Shown piece after piece: positions 1 to 11,020 of a stretch of 64,000 bases of DNA. This DNA comes from Squalus acanthias (taxonomy: Eukaryota): assembly GCA_030390025.1 (NCBI GenBank), contig CM059432.1:75642001-75706000 (forward strand). The letters run 5' to 3'. The position numbers were made by a program, and so were the translations under genes. Below the pieces are notes generated by a model. It did no database searches, was not told the origin of the DNA, and was given only the letters and a program-made list of their open reading frames with translations. The number at the start of each line of letters is the position of its first letter. Positions within the stretch are counted from its first letter, which is position 1.

Positions 1-1135
1 ACAACACCAGCAACACCAGCAGGAGCAGCAGCAGTCTTCTCCTCTAACAGGAAAGAGGGGATGAGCAGAGGGGTGCACCTCACAGGAGGCAATACCCCCA
101 ACACAGGGTATATAGGCAGAGGATCAACTTCCTGGACACGACTGAACAGCAGAGCCTCAGGAGGCTCAGGCTATCGCGTCAGGTCATGGCAGACATTTAT
201 AGCCTGCTGGAAGACCTGCTGCCACGTGGACCTGGTGGACACGCCTTACCAGTGACTGTCAAACTCAACACCGCCATCAACTTATTTGCCTCAGGCTCCT
301 TCCAGGGATCTGCAGCAAACATTTGCAGGATCTCGCAGTTGGCCGCCCACAAATGCATTACCAAGGTGACTGATGTCATGTTTGACAAGGCAGGCACTAA
401 TGTACAATTTGCCACTGATGAAGCCAGTCAGACTGAGCGGGCGCTCGGCTTTGCGGCTCTGGCTGACTTTCCACAGGTGTAGGACGTCATCGACTGCACA
501 CATGTGGCCATCAAGGCACCCCATCATAACCCAGGAGTGTTTGTGAACTGCAAGGGTTTTCTCTCCATCAATGTGCAGCTCATCTGCAACCACAAAAAGA
601 TCATAATGCATGTGTACGCCAGATTCCCAGGGAGCTATCATGATTCATTTGTCCTGCGCCAGTCTTCCCTCCCTCAGCTCTTCGCACCTCTGACCAGACA
701 TACCGGCTGGCTGCTTGGGGACAAGGGGTAGCCACTGAAGACGTGGCTGATGACACCCTTGAGGAGGCCAAGCAATGAGGCCGAAGATCACTACAATCAA
801 AGCCAAATGACGATGAGATGTGCAATAGAGCAAGCAATCGGAATGCTAAAAATGTGCATCAGATTCTTGGACAGATCTGGAGGAGCCCTTCAATACACAC
901 CAGCCAGGGTCTCCCGAATGATCGTCGCTTGCTGCATGCATCACAACAGAGCACAGCAGCGAGGATTGGAGCTGCAGGAGGAACAAGGCGCAGAGCGCAG
1001 AGCCTCTTTGGAGGAGTAGGAGCAGGAGGAACACGAGGAGGAGGAGGAGGAGGAACCTGAAGTGGACATGACACCAGCAGTGGCGCACACTGCTTCCCGG
1101 GAGGCCCAGGATGGTCTCATAATGGCATGATTTAG
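1..1135 (+). pseudogene. Harbinger (HARBI1-like DDE) transposase pseudogene
   Basis: Pieces [28 protein letters not shown] and IEQAIGMLK, separated by in-frame stops (ORFs 186-482, 504-731, 750-1019). Confidence 0.92.
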
Positions 1136-1546
1136 TTACGTTGCATCAGTGCACCCATATGACACCCATATGCTGAACCAACATCCCCCCCACACGCCTC
1201 CCCACCACAAAGCAGTCCTAATGTCCAAACCATTCCAGTCACACACATCCATTGCTTGAGGTTAAGTAATGTCTTACCATTCACATCAACTGACAAGGCC
1301 ACTTGCCAGGCAGCAGGCAAAAATGGACAAGACTAGAAGGTTGTGCAAAGAAATAATTTTACGTGGCACAAAAAGTAAACAGAAACTTAACGATCTAACA
1401 TTTTATAATACACCCATGTGCATACCCTTGTGCATCTACAATTGTTTAATCTTTCTCTCCCTACAATTCCTATGCCATGCAACACCTGTGGCTTCAGCAG
1501 AGGTAGAGGCAGGCTGCTCACTTCCCTGCTCTGACTGTTTAGATAC

Positions 1547-4500
1547 TTTTTTATTATTTGTTTATGGGATGTGGGCGTCACTGGCAAGGCCAGCATTTAT
1601 TGCCCATCCTTAATTGCCACCTTCTTGAAACGCTGCAGTCCATGTGGTGAAGGTACTCCCACAGTGCTATTAGGGAGGGAGTTCCAGGATTTTGACCCAG
1701 CGATGATGAAGGAACGGCGATATACTTCTAAGTCAGGATAGTGTGTGACTTGGAGGGGAACTTGGAGGTGGTGGTGTTCCCATGCATCTGCTGCCCTTGT
1801 CCTTCTAGGTGGAAGAGGTCGCGGGTTTGGGAGGTGCTGCCGAAGAAGCCATGGCGAGTTGCTGCAGTGCCTCTTGTAGATGGTACATACTGCAGCCACG
1901 GTACGCCGGTGGTGGAGGGAGTGAATGTTTAAGGTGGTGGATGGGGTGCCAATCAAGCGGGCTGTTTTGTACTGGATGGTGTCGAGCTTCTTGAGTGTTG
2001 TTAGAGCTGCACTCATCCAGGCAAGTGGAGAGTATTCCATCACACTCCTTACTTGTGCCTTGTAGATGGTGGAAAGGCTTTGGGGAGTCAGGAGGTGAGA
2101 CACTCGCCGCAGAATACCTAGCCTCTGACCTGCTCTTGTTGCCACAGTATTTATGTGGCTGGTCCAGTTAAGTTTCTGGTTAATGGTGACCCCCCAGGAT
2201 GTTGATAGTGGGGGATTCGGCGATGGTAATGCCATTGAATGTCATAGAAACATAGAATCTAGGAGCAGGAGTAGGCCATTCGGCCCGTCGAGCCTGCTCC
2301 GCCATTCAATACGATCATGGCTGATCATCCAAATCCAGTACCCTGTCCCTGCTTTAATCCCCACAGTACACATATCCCACCCTACCCCCGTAACCCCACG
2401 TATTTAATTCCCCCAACATATCCCATCCTATCCCCATAACCCCACATATTTAATCCCCCCTAACACTAAGGGTCAATTTATCATAGCCAAATCAACCTAA
2501 CCCACACATTTTTGGACTGTGGGAGGAAACCGGAGTACCCGGAGGAAACCCACGCAGACACGGGGAGAATGTGCAAACTCCACACAGACATGTCATGGGG
2601 AGGTGGTTAGACTCTCGCTTGTTGGAGATAGTCATTGCCTGGCACTTCTGTGGTGCGAATGTTACCTGCCCCTTATCAGCCCAAGCCTGAACATCAGGTC
2701 TTGTTGCATGCGGGCATGGACTGCTTCATTATCTGTGGAGTTGTGAATGGTGCTGAACACTTTGCAGTCATCAGCGAACATCCCCATTTCTGACCTTATG
2801 TTGGAGGGAAGGTTATTGATGAAGCAGCTGAAGATGGTTGGGCCTAGGACACTGCCCTGAGGAACTCCTGCAGCGTTGTCCTGGGGCTGTGATGATTGAC
2901 CTTCAACCACCACAACCATCTTCCTTTGTGCTAGATATGACTCCAGCCAGTGAAGCGTTTTCCCCCTGATTCCCATTGACTTCAGTTTTACTAGGGCTCC
3001 TTGATGCCAGACTCGGTCAAATGCTGCCTTGATGTCAAGGGCAGTCACTCTCACCTCACCTCTGGAATTCAGCTCCTTTGTCCATGTTTGGACAAAGGCT
3101 GTAATGAGGTCGGGAGCCGAGTGGTCTTGGTGGAACCCAAACTGAGCAAGTGCCGCTTGATAGCACTGTCGATGACACCTTCCTTCACTTTGCTGATGAT
3201 TGAGAGTAGACTGATGGGGCGGTAATTGGCCAGGTTGGATTTGTCCTGCTTTTTGTGGACAGGACATACCTGGGCAGTTTTCCACATTGTCGGATAGATG
3301 CCAGTGTTGTAGCTATACTGGAACAGCGGCTAGTTCTGGAGCACAAGTCTTCAGCACGATAGCCGGGATGTTGTCGGGGCCCATAGCCTTTGCTGTATCC
3401 AGTGCGCTCAGCCGTTTCTTGATATCACGTGGAGTGAATCGAATTGGCTGAAGAATGGCTTCTGTGATGATGGGGACCTCGGGAGTAGGCCAATATGGAT
3501 TATCCACTCGGCACTTCTGGCTGAAGTTGGTTGCAAACGCTTCAGCCTTGTCTTTTGCACTCACGTGCTGGGCTCCACCATCACTGAGGATGGGGATATT
3601 CTTGGAGCCTCCTCCCGTTAGTTGTTTAATGGTCCACCACCATTCACGACTGCAGAGCTTTGATCTGATCCGTTGATTGTGGGATCGCTTAGCCCTGTCT
3701 ACAGCATGCTGCTTCCGTTTTTGAGCATGCATGTAGTCCTGTGTTGCAGCTTCCTCAGGTTGGCACCTCATTTTTAGGCATGCTCTTTTACACTCATTGT
3801 TGGTCCCCTGGCTTGGTGGTAATGGTAGAGTGAGGGATATGCCGGGCCATGAGGTTACAGATTGTGGTGGAATACAATTCTGCTGCTGCTGATAACCCAC
3901 AGCGCCTCATGGATGCCCAGTTTTGAGCTGCTAGATTTGTTCTGAATCTATCCCATTTAGCACAGTGGTAGTGCCACACAACACGATGGAGGGTGTTCTC
4001 AGTGTGAAGACGGGGACTTTGTCTCCACAATGACTGTGCGGTGGTCACTGCTGCCATGGACAGATGCATCTGCGACAGGTAGATTGGTGAGGATGAGGTC
4101 AAGTAGGTTTTTCCCTCTTGTTGGTTCACTCACCACCTGTCGCAGGCCCAGACTGGCAGTTATATCCTTCAGGACTCGGCCAGTAGTGGTGATGGACATT
4201 GAAGTCCTCCACCCAGAATACATTCTGTGCCCTTGCTACCCTCAGTGCTTCTTCCAAGTGGTGTTCAACATGGAGGAGTACTGATTCATCAACTGAGGGA
4301 GGGCAGTAGGTGGTAATCAGCAAGAGGTTTCCTTGCCCATGCTTGACCTAAAGCCATGAGACTTCATGGGGTCCGGAGTCAATGTTGAGGACTCACAGGG
4401 CCACTCCTTCCCGACTGTATACCACTGTGCCACCACCCCTGGTGGGTCTGTCCTGCTGGTGGGACAGGACATACCCAGGGATGGTGATGGAGAAGTTCAG

Positions 4501-4902
4501 GACATTGACTGAAAGGTATGATTCTGTGCGTATGACTATGTCAGGCTGTTGCTTGACTAGTCTGTGGGACAGCTCTCCCAATTTTGGCACAAGTCCCCAG
4601 ATGTTGGTGAGGAGGACTTTACAGGGTTGACTGGACTGGGTGTGCCGCTGCCGTGTCCATAGCCGGTGCTGAGGTCGATGCCGGGTGGTCCGTGCAGTTT
4701 CATTCTTATTATTTTGTTTCATAGCAGTTAGTTACAACTGAGTAACTTGCTAGACCATTTCGGAGGGCAGTTAAGAGTCAACCACATTACTGATACTAGC
4801 TTTTTATTCCAGATTTATTTAATTAACTGAATTTAAATTCCCCAGCTGCCGTGGCCTCTAGGATTATTAGCCCAGTGACATTACCACTACGCTACCGTTC
4901 CC
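1547..4902 (-). mobile_element. Full-length but decayed single-ORF LINE (APE endonuclease + RT, CR1-group-like) with tRNA-derived 5' head
   Basis: EN motifs LLTNIWGL, PDIVI.TES and DRPTRGGG (4393-4722). RT motifs NYRPISLLS, LDIKAAFDRVWHQG, GVPQGSVLGP and FADD (2662-3287). C-terminus at 1597-2235. A-rich 3' tail at 1547. The 5' end reads GGGAACGGTAGCGTAGTGG from 4902. Confidence 0.92.
2246..2589 (-). mobile_element. 5'-truncated V-SINE (HE1-like) with CR1-type tail, inserted in the LINE
   Basis: V-domain GGTTTCCTCCGGGTACTCCGGTTTCCTCCCACAGTCCAAA on -, CR1-type tail GGCCGAATGGCCTACTCCTGCTCC. TSD ATGTCAT at 2239-2245 and 2590-2596. Confidence 0.85.
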
Positions 4903-5939
4903 ATATGTGATGTGTGAGACACCAGGTGACAACACTACTTTCTCACTTAGTGGACCCACCGACGTGTGTGTATCGGCGCTGGTGCTTGGTCTGCATGGAT
5001 CGTGTGATGGTGCACCCTCAGAGTCCGTGACCTCCTCTGAGGAGTCGTCTTCCTCCTCTGGCTGGACAGTGGGGGGGACATTTGATGGGCCTGTGGGAGA
5101 GTAAAGACATGAATTAGAACTGTTATGATAAGAATGTTTTAAGTTACCATTATGCAAATGATCATATTTCATTGGCTGCTGACATCAAGTCAACATGAGT
5201 GACTGTTGTATGTCATGTGGCTGTGTGATATTTAATTCTGTTGCTAGGTAGCTGGGAGTTCCCCCTCTCTCCATCTCCCACCACCAGCAGCTCCGCCACT
5301 CGGCTCAGCTCCAGCACCTCCTCCTCTGCTGAAGTGAATGGTGTCATGACTGGAGGTGCACCAACAGTTCGCTGCCTCTCCCAGGTGTTCTGTGCTCTCT
5401 CTCCTACAAGGAGGGAAACAAGAGATCTTTGAGTGAGAGTCATGGAATGAGTGGCAGGGATGGATGGGTAACACCTGTTGAGAGTGACTATGAGGAAGAG
5501 GCGTAACATTGCTTTAAGATGAGGGTGAGTGTCAGTGGTGGATGGTCAGATCGGGATGTGAATAAATGCATAGACAAGGAGGGATGGGTGCACCTGTAAG
5601 GTAGGTTAGTGTGAGGAGTGATGTGCAGGAGTGGGCTTGGGAAGGCAGAGTGAAGGGGTTGGGGTGACACACACATCAGGATGTAGGGCAATGTGGCATT
5701 GTACTCACCTTTCCTGACCTCATGAGGCCATTAAATGCATTTTTGACACTGTATCCAGGTCCTACCAACAACACTCCTGCTGCTCACTTCTTCAGCGATC
5801 TCCAGCCATGCGTTCTGTGTCTGGCCAGCTGGCCTCTTCCTCCCATCAGCAGGGAAGAGGATGTCCCTGACACTTGGAGTAATATCTCCAAGGAGGCATT
5901 GCTAAATCTTGGGGCTGTTTTATGTCTTTGAGCTTGCAT
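4903..5939 (-). pseudogene. Harbinger Myb/SANT-like partner gene, three exon remnants
   Basis: MQAQRHKTAPRFSNASLEILL starts at 5939. Donor AAG|GTGAGT at 5709/5708, acceptors at 5403 and 5090. Homologous to 41274-42890. Confidence 0.8.
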
Positions 5940-8289
5940 ATTTCAGGTTAGACCGTTGTCAAATTTTTACCACACAACCAACTCACTATTCCCACAACCT
6001 GTCTTCCACCTCCACCAGCCTTCAAGTGACATCTGTGCATTGTTCCTTTAAATAGTGCAGCTGAAGTAGAGTCATACGTGATGTCATTGGACCCACTTCA
6101 GTTAATTGGTCGGGAAACCCGGAAGTCTGATTCAATCGCAAAGCCACTGCAAAACGCGCCTCTCCAACATCCGGGATCCCGACACAATCCACGGCCCCCT
6201 CCCGCCCCCGCTGCCATCGACACTCAAAGGTAAAAATTCAGCTCAAGGTGTTATTGAGTCCTCAGGAAAGCCCCAGATTCCTGGCCTGTGCTGAATTGAC
6301 TGATTTCAGCTGAGGTGGCAGTGCGCATCCTACAGTTGGGTTTAGTACGTCAAGCTATGAAGTCATGGATGATTCTTGCCCTGATGCCTATTGAATGACC
6401 TCGGCTGGAAGTGAGGATAGGGTTAGGATTGGTTCTAATGCTATCTGCTTCCCTCCTCCCTTATAAATAGCACAACAAAATTCCCTATCTAGACTAATGC
6501 ATGCAGAATAGGTGATAAACCAAAGAGTTACCAGTGCCAGTGGAACTGTATCACTGCAGGAGTTTCCATCTGGGAAAAAATGGAATGAATAAAGAGACGC
6601 AGATAAAAGCAGCTGAGACCTAGAACATATAACCTGAAGTATTACAGGAGACCATCCTTTGATCATTAAAACTTGTGGAATAATTTTGCCATAATTTCTG
6701 GGCTGAAGGGCACTATAAGAGAAACCAACTGAGTTTTTCTGACTCCCACTGGGAGCGTATATCAGAAATTCCAATGCTCACGGTATGCCCACATTTCCGA
6801 CAGGCAAGGCCCCCTGCTGGGATGCCAAATTCAGAAAATAACCCCAAATTTTTTGATGAGTTACAATTCAAGTTGTATGTCTGCCAATTTGTGAGTCATG
6901 TGGTGTTGGGCATGTACTTGGCCATTGAAAGATGTTGTGTATTTCATTTCATGGATTTTAGTACCCCCGAAAAATTGACCCTAATCTCCAAGTGGTATCA
7001 ACTGCTCCCCACCCTTCCGAAGACCATGGCAGCCTTATAAATATTGTAATGTTTGTAAAGTTTGTCTGCTCTCTGTCAGTTCCTGAACAATACATCAATG
7101 AAATTTGCATCTTTAAATTAAATGCAAGGAATTCAGTGACAGCAGCAGCACATATTACTGGAGATGAAGTGCAGATTTAACTGTCCAATAGCTTGTATTA
7201 TGCAGGAAAACATGATACACCAACTGCAGCCTGTTACAAATAAATATCTCTTATGAGCTAGGGGATGGACTGACATGCTAATAATATAAGGTACCTTCTC
7301 CTGCTATAGGCTTGCAAAGATAAATGCACTCTATTCTGCAGATCACTGAGTAGGGAAACATGGAGGGCTGCCTTCATTCTTTGTAACAACGTTGAGCATT
7401 CATCATTTGGGTAGATAACCAAATGTCATCTTGTGCATTGTGGTGACAGATAGCAGGAGATTGCTATAAGTGGCACAGTAAATAATTGATGAAATTAGAT
7501 ACGCTACCTCTTTTGAGTGACTACTGGCTCCTTCAATCTAATGCTTCTATGGAAATTCATAAGTTGAGCTGCCCTCACATTACAGTGCTCAGCAAGCAGT
7601 GAAGGTAATGGGGGCGTCTTAAAGAATCCTTCTTTTGTCTCTGACAAAATTGATTACACACGGCGACTTTGCAAGATTTGTTTTAATGTTAGCAAGCGGC
7701 AGAAGCTGGTGAGTTTGCTAAAATATAATAAATTGCTGAGGGAGGACGCAGCTGTACCCTAATGCAGTGTGATGATGTATATGCTACTGTGACCCCTTAC
7801 AGCCTGCAGGCTTAGATGAAGGCTGTCTGAAGATATGGTTAATGGCCTGATTCTTTTCTTCCACCTTTTCCAGAAAGCTGGATACTGTAACATTAATATG
7901 CAGCCTTTTCTAGATGCTTGATATCTATCTCAATATTTCCTTTTATTTTGTGTACTTACAAACTTGTGTCCCACATAGTGTATTCCAACGACTATTTGAA
8001 ATGTGCCTCATCCTTGGTGCAGTATATCATCACTTCATTTACATATTCACATTCTAATTGTACGAGAAATATGAGCTTTTCACTTGAGATATTTCCGATA
8101 GTTGCACATGGGGATAATGGATGGCTGGTATGTCCATGAGCAATGTGACCATTCTGCACATGTTTTACACATTTTCTCCCGTTTAATATTATTTAACTGT
8201 ACTTCCAGAAATATGATTGCCATTTTTGTGATCTGTACTAGTTTGCATTGCAAATATTTTTCCTCTCCTTTGCTGAAGGCTCTGTCTAA

Positions 8290-8500
8290 TGGATCATATC
8301 CCCATTTGTTGCATTTTTATAGTGCTTTATCGCATTGTCCAAACACCTCAAAGCTTTTTACATAATGAATCGTTTTTTGAAGTGCACTGGGTGTTATATA
8401 GGCAAATATGGTAGCATTTTGCCACGGCAACATTCCACAAACAGCAACGAGATGAATGACCAATTAGGTGTCAGCCTTGGCTCAGTGGTTGCACTCTCTC
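8290..8500 (-). mobile_element. Degenerate Deu-domain SINE fragments
   Basis: Reverse-complement similarity to the tail of 37990-38458, followed by a short + strand head piece TCAGCCTTGGCTCAGTGGTTGCACTCTC. Confidence 0.55.
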
Positions 8501-8922
8501 ATCGTGGCTTCACCACCAGGCCAATTTGATGACAATTGGATCCAGGGCCAGAAGAGGCCCAGAAAAGTAAGCCATTTTAATTTTTTTGTTTCCTCATAAG
8601 GTGGAGCAGGAGTGTTCCTCTGGGCTCCCCAAGGAAAGCTCCCCTACCACAGACTTCCTTCCTCCACCTCGACCATGATACCCTCCTGAACCCCACTCCT
8701 AGGCACTTACCTGACTGTTATGGACTGTTCGTTCTGGCCGCTGGTGGCCTCCTGCCGCCCAAAACCGCACTTCCCACGGGGTTGAGCAAGAGACTGACAT
8801 AGCCCATGTAGGTGAGGCCCTGGAGTTAGAACCTCTCAGGCCTCACCCTATGGAAGGCCGGATGGTTTCCCAATCCCCTCAGCCCCCGCCCACACCACTC
8901 CTGCCAGCAGTTAAAATTCGAG
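8500..8922. mobile_element. Harbinger-type MITE fragment
   Basis: GGAGCAGGAGTGTTCCTC motif shared with 13870-14372, 31613-32190 and 37593-38682. Ends in GTTAAAATTCGAGC, which resembles a TIR. Confidence 0.5.
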
Positions 8923-9868
8923 CTGATGAGTCAGAGAGTCAGGGTTACTGTCTTGCAGTCCTATCTCCTATCCATGCTTTCTTTGAGCATAGCTACCCCA
9001 TGGAGAGCACAGGATCATGGAATTCACACTCCTTCTCTCAGGCATTTAATACATGTCAGCTGTGATGGCATAAAGTAGCACAAGCTACATCATTTGACTC
9101 ACTTATTCTTTTTGAAATCATCTACATTATGCTGGAAATAAAGCAACAATTTAGAACCATGATGCTACTGTGCACTAAGGTAATTTCTTCTCAGGTAGAA
9201 CTAGCACTGTAGAAAAATAAAATAGGGCCCATTGACTCCAAGTTAAGAAACCTTTTGTGAACAGTTCTGATATAAAACATCCTCTGAAGTGCAGCTAGCT
9301 TGGGGACTTGGGACTAAAGAAGGCCAACAATTATAGTGCAGTTTACAAATAAAAGATGAAGTTAGAAAAAAATGCTGCAGTATGCATGTTTTAGAGTTCC
9401 TAGAGGAAGAATTGTTAAAAAAAAACCAAATGTATTGTAAATTAACTCCTTCAGCTCAAAGAAAGACCCTATCTTCATATATTTAAAAAATAAAATCTCA
9501 GATTTTTTATGGGTGTGATTTCTGTGTTTTCTACTTAGAAATTGTCCTGATTGTTATCAAAAGATACATTTTCACAATATGTAGCTCAATGCAGAATTGG
9601 ACTTTACTGACCCTCAAATATAACATTATAAATTATATAAATTAAAACATGCACAATGCCATTTTCATGTGTGTGTCATAGAGATATGTATGTACAGAGA
9701 GCACAATGGTTCTCTATGCATCCACATTGCCACTTAATTTTAATTATTATTTTGTAAATAGTCTGTTTCCCTTGTAGTAGAAAATGGAGAAACAGCTCGT
9801 CCCTGACATTCTAGTTCTGACAGTTTTGCTGCTCCCTCACACTCGTCAGGAGGCAATAGAGCACCAAG

Positions 9869-10614
9869 GGGGAAAAATTTGGTTGCTTTGCGCCTCCCAT
9901 TAGCGCCCTAGAAGGTGCTAAGGGGGCGCAAAGCAACTAGCGCCCAGGTGCGGTGCCGCCAACATCTCCCGCGAAATTTAGTGGGAGCTTAGCGGCGGCA
10001 CTAACCGTTAGCACCCCGCGGCGCTGCGCTGCTGGCGATGGCGTCATCGCCGTGCGTAGTGCCCCACTCGCGCCCCGGCCATGATCTTCAGTAATGCCCC
10101 CTGACTTACCGCCGGACGCTATGTCCGACGGGGTCGGGGGGGGGCCTACCTGCGGACGGGGCGGCGCTATTTAAAGGCGAGGTGCTGGGCGGCCATTTTT
10201 GTTGCTGGCCACATGCCAGCACCTGCCTCCGCTCCCATCCCCGGCCTCCTTACCTGCCCTCTCGCGGAGTGCCGGCTGCGCTCCATGAGCCTGGCACTTC
10301 TCTTGAGTGCCGGGCTCTTTTGCCAGCACTCCTGATCCCTGGGGGCCCAGCTGGGCCCCGGGTCGCGCTGCGCAAGTCCTCTTCACTTCACTTTAAGAAG
10401 GGGAGGAAGGCCTGCAATACTGCGGCACATAGCACCGTGATATTCCCTCGCAGCACCCAAGAGGGAGGTGGGTGCTTCCAGTAGCGCCCCGCTTCCCTCT
10501 TGGGGCACTACCACTCAATTTCGGTCGCGGGGGCGCTAATTTTTCCAGGGCGCTAAAAGTAGCGCCCTGGCAAAGTTAGCACCCCAAAGGGGGTGCGACT
10601 CAATTTTTCGCCCC
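9869..10614. mobile_element. Non-autonomous Harbinger (MITE)
   Basis: Ends GGGGAAAAATT and AATTTTTCGCCCC, AAG on both sides, many TAGCGCC/GGCGCTA subterminal motifs. Related to 48172-49064. Confidence 0.8.
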
Positions 10615-11020
10615 AAGAATCAAGTAATCCTCATTTCATTAAACTGGTAAGAATTCCACACCCCATTCCAAATTCTTGCAAAGTGTACTTCCGTGTCTTA
10701 GACACGGCTAGTTACTGGAGGAGTTAAACTTCTGGACCAAGAGTTGAGCGCAATCAGCGATCCGGGTGCAGAGTGCACCTAAAATTGAGCTAATTTTCAG
10801 AAGTGATTATTTTGCTCAAGTTTCTGCTCAAACTCATTTGCATATCGCCGAATGTAAACTCTTCCATGAACCAGCGCAATCGGGCAGCGTTTAGAATGTA
10901 ATTATTTTTTAAATTGCATTAAAAAATTCCTTGATATATCTAAGAGTGATAACCTGGTGCAGTTTTATTAATACCGCTGAAAATGGGTTTATCACAAAAA
11001 AATAAGCATTTTTAATCAGA

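Larger units (their letters stand above)
1..6244 (+). mobile_element. PIF/Harbinger transposon (left end outside window), decayed, interrupted by a LINE
   Basis: Transposase fragments on + (1-1135) and convergent Myb/SANT gene remnants on - (5939 to about 1390). Right TIR GGTAAAAATTCAGCTC ends at 6244, followed by AAG-GTGTT. Collinear with the copy at 55958-59867. Confidence 0.9.

Noticed and set aside
6388..8365. Short ORFs in AT-rich unique DNA as host exons
   Set aside because: No recognisable domains or convincing splice pairs. Conserved non-coding elements cannot be assessed without alignments.
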